A stretch of DNA of 56,911 bases from Thermoanaerobaculia bacterium (GTDB lineage: Bacteria; Acidobacteriota; Thermoanaerobaculia; Gp7-AA8): NCBI GenBank assembly GCA_051305935.1, contig JBPPMG010000529.1, positions 1 to 56,911 of the forward strand. Direction: 5' to 3'. This document shows, piece by piece, positions 10,000 to 19,366 of the stretch; position 1 is the stretch's first letter, and each line of letters starts with the position of its first letter. The translations under genes and the position numbers were made by a program. The notes beneath the pieces were generated by a model. The model did not search any database and was not told where the DNA came from. It was given only the letters and a program-made list of their open reading frames with translations.

Positions 10000-10192
10000 T
10001 CACGACCTCCACTCACGCCCCGAGCCGGCTCGCCCGCGCATTGCGCGCGCGACGAAGCTCAACTCCTCGGACAGAACCCGACAGGACCCTTGCGGGACTC
10101 CCCGGACTGCCCTGATATCTGTGCAGTATAACGCGGGACCCGCCAAGTCCGCGCCGTGCAACCCGACCTCCGATGGGATAGTCTTTTTTGCG

Positions 10193-10666
10193 ATGCTCGA
10201 GACACCTCCGAGCCAGTCGAGCCGAATGGCCCTCCTGAGCTTCGTCTGCTTCACCATCGCCGCGGCGGTATTCGGCGCCCGATTCACGCCGGGAGCGTGG
10301 TACGCGTTGCTCGAGAAGCCGCCGTGGAATCCGCCGAGCTGGGTGTTCGCCCCGGTCTGGACGCTCCTCTATCTCGCGATGGCCATCGCGGCGTGGAGGG
10401 CCTGGAGCTCGCCCACGCTGCCACGGGGGGCGATGCTCCTGTTCGCCGTGCAACTGGTGCTGAACGCGCTCTGGTCGTGGATTTTCTTCGGCCTGCAGCT
10501 CCCCGCGCTGGCGTTCGCCGAGATCTGCGTCCTGTTCTTCGGGATTGCGGCGACCGCATCGCTCTTCGGACGGGCAGACCGCCTCGCGGGGATTCTGATG
10601 TTGCCCTATCTCGTGTGGGTCGGCTTCGCGGCGGTGCTGAACTTCGCGCTCTGGCGGCTGAACTGA
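10193..10666 (+). CDS. tspO: TspO/MBR tryptophan-rich sensory protein
   Basis: WYALLEKPPWNPPSWVFAPVWTLLYLAMAIAAWRAW plus five TM helices. Start taken at ATG 10193; 10226 is also possible. Confidence 0.8.
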   Translation: MLETPPSQSSRMALLSFVCFTIAAAVFGARFTPGAWYALLEKPPWNPPSWVFAPVWTLLYLAMAIAAWRAWSSPTLPRGAMLLFAVQLVLNALWSWIFFGLQLPALAFAEICVLFFGIAATASLFGRADRLAGILMLPYLVWVGFAAVLNFALWRLN

Positions 10667-10685
10667 ACGTCCGAGGAGCGCGCGA

Positions 10686-11588
10686 TCAGGCGACCACGCG
10701 GTTTCGCCCCTGGTGCTTCGCGTCATAGAGCTTTCCGTCCGCGAGCTCGATGAGCGAGAGCACCTCGGGAGTTTCGCCGAGCGCGAGCGTGCTGGCGAGC
10801 CCGAAGCTCGCAGTCACTCGAATCTCGTCGTCCCCGAAGACGAACGGCATATCCTCGATCTTCTGGCGCAGTCGTTCGCAGACTTGCAGGGCGCCTGCGA
10901 GCCCGACCTCCGGGAGGAGCAGCGCGAACTCCTCGCCGCCGTAACGGCCGAAGATATCCTCGTGGCGGATGCTGTCGGCAATGATCTTTGCGGTTTCCCG
11001 CAGCACGTGATCGCCCGCGAGATGGCCCCAGGTGTCATTGACGTTCTTGAAGAGGTCGATGTCGACCATCGCGAGGCAGAGCTCGCGGCGGTAGCGGCGC
11101 GCACGCTGCACTTCGCGCTCGAACGCCTCCATGAAATAACGACGGTTGTAGGCGTGCGTCAGCCCGTCCACCGTCGTCATCTTGTACATTTCCTGGTGGT
11201 ACTTCGTCTCGACGTTTCCGCCCGCGAGGAACTTGAAGATCGTCTCGCCGATCTGGATGAGGTCGCCGTCGCGGAGCTCGAACTCGCTCACCGGCTTCTC
11301 GTTTACCAGCGTTCCGTTGGTGGAATCGAGATCGACGAGCGTCACGCGCCGGTCCTTGACGACGAGCCGCGCATGAAACCGCGACGCGCTATCGTCCTCG
11401 ATCCGGATCTCGGAATCGTCGGAGCGACCGATCGTCTGCTCCTCCTTCTCGAGCATGTATCTGCGCGCGAGAAGCGGGCCGTAAATCACGACGAGACAGG
11501 CCGGCCCCTGATCCGCTTCCTGCTGGCCGAGGCGGATGGGCGTGACGATGTTCGTCTTTCGCTCGGCGGCGATGATGCGGGCCTCCAT
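10686..11588 (-). CDS. FHA-domain diguanylate cyclase (FHA-GGDEF)
   Basis: FHA segment (TIGRSDDSEIRIEDDSASRFHARLVV..STNGTLVNEKPV) followed by a GGDEF domain (RYGGEEFALLL, DIDLFKNVNDTWGH). The ATG at 11588 is preceded by GGAG; the track start at 11594 is TTG. Confidence 0.85.
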   Translation of the reverse strand: MEARIIAAERKTNIVTPIRLGQQEADQGPACLVVIYGPLLARRYMLEKEEQTIGRSDDSEIRIEDDSASRFHARLVVKDRRVTLVDLDSTNGTLVNEKPVSEFELRDGDLIQIGETIFKFLAGGNVETKYHQEMYKMTTVDGLTHAYNRRYFMEAFEREVQRARRYRRELCLAMVDIDLFKNVNDTWGHLAGDHVLRETAKIIADSIRHEDIFGRYGGEEFALLLPEVGLAGALQVCERLRQKIEDMPFVFGDDEIRVTASFGLASTLALGETPEVLSLIELADGKLYDAKHQGRNRVVA

Positions 11589-11851
11589 AATCAACTCCGG
11601 ACGGCCACAGAGAATAGCGCGATCGGGCAGTTTTTATAAGCTTTTTTCTCGGCGAGCACGGGAGCGCCTGCCGGGGCGGCGGCGTGGAATCCATGAATCG
11701 ACGGGCGCTCGACGGGCCAAAGCGCGCTACGATCCCAGGACCCACCCAAACTGCTTACCGGACGGCTCGCGCAACCGTCTCCACGGTTGCCCGTATCGAC
11801 ATCAGTCGATGGCGGAACCCGGACGACACCGGGACATACGAGAGGGACGCG

Positions 11852-12718
11852 ATGCTGCAGATCGAAGGGCTGACAAAACGCTATTCCGGAGGCGCAACCG
11901 CGCTCGACTCGTTCTCTCTCGAGCTCGGGACTGGCGTCCTGGGCCTCCTCGGACCCAACGGCGCCGGAAAGACGACGCTCATGTCGATCATCGCGACCGT
12001 CCTTCGTCCCACGAGCGGAAGCGTCCGGTGGAAGGGCGAAGACGCCCTCGCGCGACCCGAGCTGATCCGTCGCGTCCTCGGGTACCTGCCGCAGGACTTC
12101 GGCGTCTACGAGCGCCTCACCGCCACCGAGTTCCTTCGCTACCTCGGCCGCCTCAAAGGCCTGTCGGGACGCGACCTTCGCGAAAGCGTGGAACAGATGC
12201 TCGACCTCGTGAACCTGCGCCCGGCTGCGTCGCGGCCGCTCGCAAGCTTCTCCGGAGGGATGCGGCAGCGCGTCGGAATCGCACAGGCGTTGCTGGGAAA
12301 CCCGGAGATCGTCATCGTCGACGAGCCGACCGTGGGGCTCGATCCGGAAGAGCGGGTCCGTTTCCGCAATCTCCTTTCGGAGCTCGCGCACGGAAGGATC
12401 GTCATTCTCTCGACGCATATCGTCTCCGATGTCGAGGCGGTGGCCGACCGGATCGCCGTGATCCGGCAGGGTCGCCTCGTCCGGATCGCGACACCGGGAG
12501 AGCTGTTGTCACACGCCACGGGACGAGTGTTCCGCGTCATCATCGAGGCCGACCGGCTCGCGCAACTGCAAAAGGCCGTCGCTGTCTCGAGCATTTCGCG
12601 GAAAGCGGACGGCGTTCACGTGCGATTCGTCGCCGAGTCGCCGACGATCCCGGGCGCGAACCAGGTCGAGCCGACACTCGAGGACGCGTACCTGCTCACG
12701 AATCTGGAGGCGGCGTGA
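11852..12718 (+). CDS. ABC transporter ATP-binding protein
   Basis: Walker A GPNGAGKTT, signature FSGGMRQRV, Walker B IVIVDEPTVGLD. Start taken at ATG 11852 (MLQIEGLTKRY). The upstream part of the ORF has no ABC similarity. Confidence 0.85.
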   Translation: MLQIEGLTKRYSGGATALDSFSLELGTGVLGLLGPNGAGKTTLMSIIATVLRPTSGSVRWKGEDALARPELIRRVLGYLPQDFGVYERLTATEFLRYLGRLKGLSGRDLRESVEQMLDLVNLRPAASRPLASFSGGMRQRVGIAQALLGNPEIVIVDEPTVGLDPEERVRFRNLLSELAHGRIVILSTHIVSDVEAVADRIAVIRQGRLVRIATPGELLSHATGRVFRVIIEADRLAQLQKAVAVSSISRKADGVHVRFVAESPTIPGANQVEPTLEDAYLLTNLEAA

Positions 12719-14304
12719 ACTACGTCGTCTCGGCGCTCGTCGCGCAGCTCGACGCCGAGACGCGCATACGCCTCCGCTCGGCCACGACTGCGATCGCGGT
12801 TCTTGCCATGTTCGCGATCGCGTTCACCTACATCCCCGACCCCTCGTCGAGCCGGGTCTCGATCAGCTGGGAGAGCAATGGCGTCCGGATGTCGGGGCTC
12901 TACAGTTCGGCGTACATCGGCTGGGTCGTCGCGATGCTCACGTCGATCATGCTTCCGTTCGCGGGCTTCTATCTCGTGACCGGATCGGTGAAGCGCGACC
13001 TCGACCGGCGCATCTGGCCGATCGTCGCGGCGACGCCGACCCCGCGCATCGCCTACCTCGCAGGGAAGATGCTCGCGGGATTCTCTTACCTCATGATCCT
13101 TGGCGCGGTCTCGCTCATCCCGGCGACGCTCCTCTTCTTCCGCTATGGTCATGGCCCGTTCGAGCCGCTCGAGATCGTCAAGCCGTGGCTCCTGCTCGTG
13201 CCCCCCTCGCTTCTGTTCACCTCGGCGATGGCCCTCCTGTTCGACGTGACACCGGGCTTCCGCGGCCGGGGCGGCTACGTGGTCTGGTTCTTCGCCTGGG
13301 TCTTCCTCTTCCTCCTCCTCCCCGGAAAGCTCGCCGGCGTGCTCGACGAGGAGCGGGCACAGCTGGAAAACCCTGCATTCGATCCCTCGGGAATCGTGAT
13401 GGTCGAATCGGCGATCGAAGGAGCGGTCGGCGCGAAACCGAAAGCGGTGAATCTCGGCGTCATCATCCTCAACGAAAAACTCGAGCGTGTCGAGTTCCCG
13501 GGAGTCCCCGTTTCGGGAGCGCTCGTGGCCGTGCGGGTCGCGCAGTTCGGCTGGAGCGCGGCCGTGTTAGGCATGGCGACGCTCGTGTTCCCGTTCGGCG
13601 CGGCGATGAGCTCGCGTGCCTCGCTTCGCAGAAAGGCGAAGAAGGAGCCGGGCCGCGAGGACCTCGCCGGAGCACGCGAGCCGGCCATGCACGTCGAGCT
13701 CGCCACACGCGCCTCGCATCCGTCGTTCGCCCGGTCGGCGTTCGCCGACGCAGCACTGATCTGGCAAACGGCCTCGTGGCTCAAGTGGCCGATGGCGATC
13801 GCCTCTCTGGGTGCCTTCGTCGTTCCTGCGACGGCCGCGCAGGGCTTCATCGCCGCGGTGCTGATTCTCTGCGTCATTGTGATCTCCGAAAGCGCGGCTC
13901 GCGAGGCGCTCGCCGGAACGTCGGGCCTCGTCTTCGCGCAACCCGGGGTGCCGCGCTCGCAGGTCGCCTGGAAACTCGCGAGTGTCGGCCTTTTCGCCGG
14001 CGCCGTGCTCGCGTCGATGGTGGTCCGCGCTGCGCTCGCGGGACCGGAGCGCCTCGCCGCCGCACTGCTCGGCGCACTCTTCGTCGTGACGGCGTCGGTA
14101 GGGCTCGGCTGGCTCACGAAGGGAGGGAAGTTCTTCAGCGCGATTTTCACCGCCGCCTGGTACGTCGCGGTGCAGGGAGCGGCCGATTTCACGGGGGTGT
14201 TCGCAAAGACGGTCGACCTCCAGGTGTGCGCGTCGTTCGCGATCGCTGGTATCGCACTCTCTGCTGCAGCCTGGAGCGAGGAGATGCGCAGGCGCCGGAG
14301 CTGA
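12715..14304 (+). CDS. ABC-2-type permease-like polytopic membrane protein
   Basis: The GTG at 12715 overlaps the ATPase stop (GTGA), which suggests translational coupling. About 10 hydrophobic helices. Only the part of ORF 11536..14304 downstream of 12715 is taken. Confidence 0.6.
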   Translation: MNYVVSALVAQLDAETRIRLRSATTAIAVLAMFAIAFTYIPDPSSSRVSISWESNGVRMSGLYSSAYIGWVVAMLTSIMLPFAGFYLVTGSVKRDLDRRIWPIVAATPTPRIAYLAGKMLAGFSYLMILGAVSLIPATLLFFRYGHGPFEPLEIVKPWLLLVPPSLLFTSAMALLFDVTPGFRGRGGYVVWFFAWVFLFLLLPGKLAGVLDEERAQLENPAFDPSGIVMVESAIEGAVGAKPKAVNLGVIILNEKLERVEFPGVPVSGALVAVRVAQFGWSAAVLGMATLVFPFGAAMSSRASLRRKAKKEPGREDLAGAREPAMHVELATRASHPSFARSAFADAALIWQTASWLKWPMAIASLGAFVVPATAAQGFIAAVLILCVIVISESAAREALAGTSGLVFAQPGVPRSQVAWKLASVGLFAGAVLASMVVRAALAGPERLAAALLGALFVVTASVGLGWLTKGGKFFSAIFTAAWYVAVQGAADFTGVFAKTVDLQVCASFAIAGIALSAAAWSEEMRRRRS

Positions 14305-14337
14305 GGCGCGCGCCCCGCCCGCGGATGGATGTCGCGA

Positions 14338-14670
14338 TCAGGCGTACGGGAACGCGAGCGTCAGGAACGTCTTGAGCAGGTAGATGACGAAGAGCAGCAG
14401 CAGCGGGGAGAAGTCGATGCCACCCGTCTTCCACGGCGGGAGCAGGCGACGAAACGGCTTGAGGATCGGGCGCGTCGCCGCCTCGAAGAACTCGTTGAGC
14501 GTCACGATCGTCTCGTAGACTCGACGATGTTTCCAGCGGAACTTCGAGCGCTGCATGAAGAAGCCGACCCAGGAGAGAATCACCCAGGCCAGGATGAAGA
14601 ACTCGAGCGCGTTGAGTATCCAGTGCGCCCCACGCAGCAGCGTGACGACCGCGGCAGTGCCTGGGTCCAT
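14338..14670 (-). CDS. yggT: YggT family membrane protein
   Basis: 110 aa with the hydrophobic YggT pattern (ILSWV..., [16 protein letters not shown]). Its start ATG overlaps the yggS stop (TGATG). Confidence 0.8.
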   Translation of the reverse strand: MDPGTAAVVTLLRGAHWILNALEFFILAWVILSWVGFFMQRSKFRWKHRRVYETIVTLNEFFEAATRPILKPFRRLLPPWKTGGIDFSPLLLLFVIYLLKTFLTLAFPYA

Positions 14671-15383
14671 CAGCCGCGCTCTCCGAAGATCGCCCGGCCC
14701 ACCCTGACCATGGTGGCGCCTTCCTCGATGGCGGTCTCGAAGTCGTCGGTCATGCCCATCGACAGCTCGGCGAGAGCACCCAGAGCCATGTCCGCCGCGA
14801 TGTTGTCCCGCAACTCGCGGAGCGCGCGGAAGTAGCCGCGCGTCCGCTGCGCGTCATCGATCGGCGGGATCGTCATGAGTCCCCGAAGCGTGAGGTTGGA
14901 AAGCAGCGCAACCTCGCGGACGAGCTTCGCCGCGTCGCCGATCTCCACGCCGCTCTTCTGGGGCTCGGCGCCGATGTTCACCTGCACGAGCACGTCGAGC
15001 TTCCGGCCAGCCTCACCCGCTTCTTTGTCGAGTCGTGCCGCGAGCGACATGCGATCGACCGACTGAACCACGTCGAAGAGGTGGACCGCGTCCTTCGCCT
15101 TGTTCGACTGGAGATGGCCGATCATGTGCCAGCGTGCGTCGCGCGCCACCTCGCCGATCTTCTCGCGCAGCTCCTGGACGCGGTTCTCACCGAGGTCGCG
15201 GACCCCTGCCTCGATCGCCGAGCGGATCGCGTCGGCGCCGAAAGTCTTGGAAACGGCGATGAGGTGAATCGACGCGGGATCGCGTCCGGCGCGCCCGCAC
15301 GCGGCGGCAATCCTCGCGCGCACCTCTGCGAGATTGCGCTCGATCTCCTGCGGGGGCCGCGTAGAGGAGCGGGGCGTCGGCAT
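14670..15383 (-). CDS. yggS: YggS family pyridoxal-phosphate homeostasis protein
   Basis: [10 protein letters not shown] (PLP lysine), [37 protein letters not shown]. Confidence 0.85.
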   Translation of the reverse strand: MPTPRSSTRPPQEIERNLAEVRARIAAACGRAGRDPASIHLIAVSKTFGADAIRSAIEAGVRDLGENRVQELREKIGEVARDARWHMIGHLQSNKAKDAVHLFDVVQSVDRMSLAARLDKEAGEAGRKLDVLVQVNIGAEPQKSGVEIGDAAKLVREVALLSNLTLRGLMTIPPIDDAQRTRGYFRALRELRDNIAADMALGALAELSMGMTDDFETAIEEGATMVRVGRAIFGERG

Positions 15384-15384
15384 G

Positions 15385-16110
15385 TCAGCTCATCTTCTCG
15401 GCGTAGACGATCCGCCGACACCCTTCGCAGGTGATGATGTCACCGCGGTGGACCTGGAGGATCGCCTGTGAGCGCACCTTGAACCGGCAGGCGCCGCAGG
15501 CGTCCCCTTCCAGCAGCGACATCGCCAGTCCGTGCCGCTGCTCGAAGATCCGCTGGAACTGCCGGAGCGGGCCGGGCGGGATTCCGGCCTCGGCATCGGC
15601 CACCCGCTCCCTCACCTTCTCGAGCTCGCTCCGAACCTCGTGCAGACTCTCCTGCCACTCCCCGTGAGCCTGCTCCCACTCGGCCGTCAGCTCCGCGTGC
15701 GATTCCTTCAGCGCGTCGAGCTCGCCCTGCGCGCTCTCGATCTCGGCCATCTTCGCGAGCTCGGCGTCCTCGATCTCTTTCTTCTTCTTCCGGGCGATGT
15801 CGATCTCTTTCCAGGCAGCGGAGTACTGCTGCTGGTTCTTGACCATCTTCATCTGGCCCTCGAACTTCGTCAGGGCCTCCTGCTCCACCTGCAGGTCGCT
15901 GTCCAGCTTCCTGCGCTCGCGACCAAGCTGGTCGAGCGCCGACTGCAGGCGATCCATCTCGCCCTTCGCCGTCTCGTACCTGCGATCGATCTCGGCGAAG
16001 TGGTCGGGTTTGACCGAAAGGCGACGGTCAAGGTCCGCCACCTCACTCAGAAGCTTCTGCAGGTTCCACAACGTCTCGAGAACATTCAATGCCCCATCCT
16101 CCTGAGACAC
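15385..16110 (-). CDS. Coiled-coil plus C4 zinc-ribbon protein (COG1579/DUF164-like)
   Basis: Long coiled coil, then CGACRFKV...ITCEGCRRIV (two CxxC pairs). The track start is GTG at 16110. A TTG at 16088 preceded by AGGAGG is an alternative. Confidence 0.7.
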   Translation of the reverse strand: MSQEDGALNVLETLWNLQKLLSEVADLDRRLSVKPDHFAEIDRRYETAKGEMDRLQSALDQLGRERRKLDSDLQVEQEALTKFEGQMKMVKNQQQYSAAWKEIDIARKKKKEIEDAELAKMAEIESAQGELDALKESHAELTAEWEQAHGEWQESLHEVRSELEKVRERVADAEAGIPPGPLRQFQRIFEQRHGLAMSLLEGDACGACRFKVRSQAILQVHRGDIITCEGCRRIVYAEKMS

Positions 16111-16216
16111 GAAGGGCGTCCCTCGTCGGAACGCCCTTGTGAACTCACAGCGATTCCCATTGGAATCAGTCGACTGTTGATCGCAAGAATGACTTTCGTG
16201 ACCATCCGCCTCGTGT

Positions 16217-16292
16217 TGGTGGGTCCACCAGGATTCGAACCTGGGACCTGCCGGTTATGAGCCGGTAGCTCTAACCGCTGAGCTATGGACCC
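16217..16292 (-). tRNA. tRNA-Met (anticodon CAT), CCA encoded
   Basis: The reverse complement reads GGGTCCATAGCTCAGCGGTTAGAGCTACCGGCTCATAACCGGCAGGTCCCAGGTTCGAATCCTGGTGGACCCACCA. It has a 7-bp acceptor stem, D loop AGCTCAGCGGTTAGAGC, anticodon stem-loop CCGGCTCATAACCGG and T arm GGTTCGAATCC. It lacks the three G-C pairs of initiator tRNA. A lysidine-modified Ile2 identity cannot be excluded. Confidence 0.85.
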
Positions 16293-16468
16293 GGCGGCGC
16301 GGAATTGTAGCACAGCGCTCCGGCGGAGCCGGCGCAGCGCCGAAACCGGGATTACGGGCGTGCGTTGGCGTCGCGCGAGCCGTGCTACGATTCGATCCGG
16401 CGAGTGCGGCTCATCTGCCTCCCGTTGGCCGACGAAGCCGCGGAGTGACGCCACGATCGAGGTTCGAC

Positions 16469-17005
16469 ATGCCACGAGCGAAAAAGCGGCCAGCGGCCCC
16501 AAAAAGGAAACCAGGCTCCACGCGCGGTCTCACCAGGATGGATTACGAACGTGCCACGGGATGGCTCGTTCGCGTCTATCGAGTCGGCACGACGCACTCG
16601 AAGTTCTTCGCCGACAGTCTTCACGGCGGAAAGTCGCGCGCCAGGAAGGCGGCGCTCGAGTACCTTGCGGTCTACGAGGCGCTCCATCCCTCGATCCCGC
16701 CTCCCCCACCTCCCCCGGTAATGCTCGATCGTCCGGCGCTCGCGTCGACGAAGGTGCGGGGCGTGTCGGAGACATTCCAGCGCCACTCGTCCGGCAGGAA
16801 GGTGCCCTGCTTCAGCGTGAGCTACCGCCTCGAGGGCGTGCGGCAGAACAAACGCTTCTACCACCACCGGTTCACGAGCCGGCGAGCCGCGCTGAAGGCT
16901 GCGACGCAGTTCCGGAAGGACGTCGAAGAACAGATGTTGCGCGAGCACAGGAAACGCCTCCGGGAGTGGACCAGGAAACAGAAGGTCAGCGGCAAGGCGC
17001 GATAG
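16469..17005 (+). CDS. Hypothetical basic protein with two AP2/ERF-like DNA-binding repeats
   Basis: ATG at 16469 (MPRAKKRPAAPKRK). Two segments have the AP2-type pattern: GWLVRVYRVGTTHSKFFADSLHGGKSRARKAALEYL and RGVSETFQ..FSVSYRLEGVRQNKRFYHHRFTSRRAALKAATQFR. They are separated by a Pro run. The assignment is by pattern only. Confidence 0.45.
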   Translation: MPRAKKRPAAPKRKPGSTRGLTRMDYERATGWLVRVYRVGTTHSKFFADSLHGGKSRARKAALEYLAVYEALHPSIPPPPPPPVMLDRPALASTKVRGVSETFQRHSSGRKVPCFSVSYRLEGVRQNKRFYHHRFTSRRAALKAATQFRKDVEEQMLREHRKRLREWTRKQKVSGKAR

Positions 17006-17037
17006 CTTCAACCGATCGATTCAGGCGAGCATGAGCA

Positions 17038-17075
17038 CAAAAAACCGAGGGGCGTCGCCGCCCCTCGGTTGGTTT
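17038..17075. terminator. Bidirectional intrinsic terminator between convergent genes
   Basis: ACAAAAAA, then a 10-bp perfect stem CCGAGGGGCG (17045..17054), loop TCGC, CGCCCCTCGG (17059..17068), then TTGGTTT. Confidence 0.65.
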
Positions 17076-17094
17076 GAGTGTCTATTCTCGCCTG

Positions 17095-18231
17095 CTAGCG
17101 CATGACCTCGACGCGGTCGCCAACTTCCATCGAGTAGCGCATCTGCGTGATCATCCCGGTCGCGGTTCTGCCTTCGGCCGTGAGCACGCCCAGTTCGCCG
17201 AGGAGGACCCGCTCTCCGCCGTAAGGATTGTCGCGAAAGATCGTCAGGAACGTGCCCGGCTCGACCATGTCGTCGCGCCCGAGGTTGATCTCGACCACCG
17301 AACCCTCGCCGAGCACGAACTCGTGGTCCTTCGCGTTGACGATGTAGCCCTGCGCCTTGTCGCTTTCCGGATCGCAGTACGTCACCATCTCCGGCCTGCG
17401 AACGATCGGGATCGGAATCTGCGGCATCGGCTTCAGCTTGTCGCCGACGTGCATGTCCTTGCACGATTGCACGACGACCGCCGTCGAGTCGTACTCGTTC
17501 GCGCAGAGGATCTTCAGCTGTCCTCGGAAATCGTAGTGGCGGCCGACCCGCTCCTTCGTCACCGGGTGGTTGACGACCTTCCAGGGCATCACGACGAGGT
17601 ACGTCTCGCCTGCGGTGATGCCTGTGGCCGTGCCACCGTCGACGAAGACGATGTCGCCGACGGTGATCCCCGCAGTCTGCTCCAGCGCACGCTCGACGTA
17701 GCGCGTCTCGAGGTCCTCGAACATCCTGATGGAGTTCGGCAGTGACTCGTCCTCGGTCGCAAGATAGCCGTAGCAGTAAATGTCGGCTTCCTTGCCGAGT
17801 GGCATCGGCTTCGAGCCACCGTCATCAGTCAGCGTCGCAGTCATGCCGCCTTCGGATTCCTCGGGCGTCATCTCGAACCCGCCATCACCAACCGCGGTCG
17901 CCTCACCCGTCGTCTCCCCCTGAATGAGCAGGGGATCGCCCGGGTAAATCCAGTGGGCGTCGGTGATGTACGTGTTCTGCTCCCAGAGCTGCGGCCACAA
18001 GTAGGGATTGCCGTAGTAGGTGTTGGCGAGGTCCCAGAGGGTGTCACCCCTCACGATCGTGTGGACCTTGGCTCCAGCCGGGAACGTGGCGGGATCGGGA
18101 GGATTGTACGGAGTCCAGTGATCGCCAACTTTGTGCAGATCGGTAGGCGGGTTGGTCGACGCATTCGCATAGGCCAACGGAACCGCGGCCATGAACAGGA
18201 GGATGGAAACCACACAACGCACGCGCACCAT
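17095..18231 (-). CDS. Secreted LysM-domain peptidoglycan-binding protein
   Basis: Signal peptide MVRVRCVVSILLFMAAVPLAYA. LysM motif HTIVRGDTLWDLANTYYGNPYLWPQLWEQN..IYPGDPLLI. Confidence 0.75.
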   Translation of the reverse strand: MVRVRCVVSILLFMAAVPLAYANASTNPPTDLHKVGDHWTPYNPPDPATFPAGAKVHTIVRGDTLWDLANTYYGNPYLWPQLWEQNTYITDAHWIYPGDPLLIQGETTGEATAVGDGGFEMTPEESEGGMTATLTDDGGSKPMPLGKEADIYCYGYLATEDESLPNSIRMFEDLETRYVERALEQTAGITVGDIVFVDGGTATGITAGETYLVVMPWKVVNHPVTKERVGRHYDFRGQLKILCANEYDSTAVVVQSCKDMHVGDKLKPMPQIPIPIVRRPEMVTYCDPESDKAQGYIVNAKDHEFVLGEGSVVEINLGRDDMVEPGTFLTIFRDNPYGGERVLLGELGVLTAEGRTATGMITQMRYSMEVGDRVEVMR

Positions 18232-18273
18232 TTACCCCTCCCCAAGTCTTCCTGAGCGAAAAATTCCACTAAA

Positions 18274-18302
18274 AGTTAGCGCAAACAATGGGTTAGTGTC
18301 AA
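18274..18302 (-). promoter_or_regulatory. Candidate sigma70-type promoter for the LysM gene
   Basis: On the minus strand there is TTGACA (18302..18297), a 17-nt spacer and CTAACT (18279..18274), in an unusually AT-rich stretch about 45 nt upstream of the ATG. Confidence 0.35.
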
Positions 18303-18339
18303 ATCCCAGGCAGTTCGGCGCCCCGCATCCCCCGTAAAA

Positions 18340-18987
18340 TCACCCCGTCGGCGCCTCCCCGAAGACCTCTGCTGTGAAGCTCTCCAGCCTGCATTCGGAG
18401 TGGCGCCAACTCCCTGCCGGAAGCCCCGCCTTCACGCAAAGCCTCTCCAGGAACGTCGGCAGGTCCCAGCCTTGCTCGACCGGAACCTGCGGCAGGAGCA
18501 GCCCGCTCCGCCCGGACGCTCGAATCAGCAGCCCGTCCCTACCGATGACGATTCGTGAAGGATCGGAGACGGGGACGAACTCGCCGAGGACGGAAATTTC
18601 CAGCTTCACTCGGTCGAAATCCCGCGACGACAAGGGAGGAAACCGCGGGTCGCGCGTTGCGGCGTTCACCGCGCTATCGGCCACCGCGCGGAAGAGCGGT
18701 TGCGACGCATCGAGTGTCCCGATGCACCCGCGCAGCTCGCCGCCCAAGGTCAGCGTCACGAACGCGCCCGCCGGCTTCGACAACGACCGGGGGATCTCCT
18801 CGGTTACGGGATCTCTGTGCGCGAGGTGAGCTGCGATCGCCTCTCGAGCGATTCGCAGCAGTGTCGCGCGATCCGCATGGTCGAGTGGATGGCTTTCCTG
18901 CGGCTGGATCATCTCGCTTACACGATAGCTCCGCGGAAGGCGTTCGGCCAGCCGCGGCGCGAGGGAACGCGAGCTGCGCGTCCTCAT
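18340..18987 (-). CDS. AMMECR1-domain protein (AmmeMemoRadiSam system protein A-like)
   Basis: GAFVTLTLGGELRGCIGT, DPRFPPL and LEISVL are AMMECR1 hallmarks. An alternative start is ATG 18912 (MIQPQES). Confidence 0.75.
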   Translation of the reverse strand: MRTRSSRSLAPRLAERLPRSYRVSEMIQPQESHPLDHADRATLLRIAREAIAAHLAHRDPVTEEIPRSLSKPAGAFVTLTLGGELRGCIGTLDASQPLFRAVADSAVNAATRDPRFPPLSSRDFDRVKLEISVLGEFVPVSDPSRIVIGRDGLLIRASGRSGLLLPQVPVEQGWDLPTFLERLCVKAGLPAGSWRHSECRLESFTAEVFGEAPTG

Positions 18988-18999
18988 GAATCGTCCGGG

Positions 19000-19338
19000 C
19001 TAAGTTCCCGCGGTCTGCTCCTGCGGCGCCTGCCTGCGGAGCAGCACGAGATTTCGCCCGTAGATGAGCGGCAGGGCGATGTAGCCGAGGATGATGGGCA
19101 GCTTGTCCACGTGCAGCGCGTAAATGAGCGTCACGACACTACCCCAGAAGCTCAGGTGCCAGAACACGGCCGGGACGACCAGGATCTTCTTCTTCTCGGA
19201 CGCGATCCATTGCACCAGAAAGCGGCTCGAGAAGATCGCGTTCCCGAGGAGCCCGAAGGCAGTCCACCAGTACGAATCGACATAGAACCATCCGGCCCAC
19301 TGACCGAGAAGAGGTTGGAGAAAGGCGCCTTCTTGCAT
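19000..19338 (-). CDS. Lipid-A-disaccharide synthase N-terminal domain (LAB_N) membrane protein
   Basis: The ATG at 19338 is preceded by AGGAGG. FGLLGNAIFSSRFLVQWIASEKKKILVVPAVFWHLSFWGSVVTLIYALH fits the LAB_N family. The upstream part of ORF 19000..19584 is rejected. Confidence 0.7.
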   Translation of the reverse strand: MQEGAFLQPLLGQWAGWFYVDSYWWTAFGLLGNAIFSSRFLVQWIASEKKKILVVPAVFWHLSFWGSVVTLIYALHVDKLPIILGYIALPLIYGRNLVLLRRQAPQEQTAGT

Positions 19339-19366
19339 CGTGCCTCCTGTGGAGAATCCGACGGGC

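Noticed and set aside
11771-11790. Hairpin GCAACCGT-CTCC-ACGGTTGC resembling the hairpin GCAACGGCC-TCC-GGCCGTTGC at 55198..55218
   Set aside because: There are only two short examples. GC-rich 8-9 bp stems with similar ends are expected by chance in this composition, which is too weak to call a family.
11536-12714. N-terminal ~390 aa of the 922-aa ORF 11536..14304
   Set aside because: This part is extremely Arg/Pro-rich and overlaps the ABC ATPase gene in another frame. The membrane protein is better started at the GTG at 12715, coupled to the ATPase stop.
16110-17094. A prophage or integrative island at tRNA-Met
   Set aside because: There is no integrase, no excisionase and no direct repeat of the tRNA 3' end within the window. 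Only the small AP2-like gene is present.
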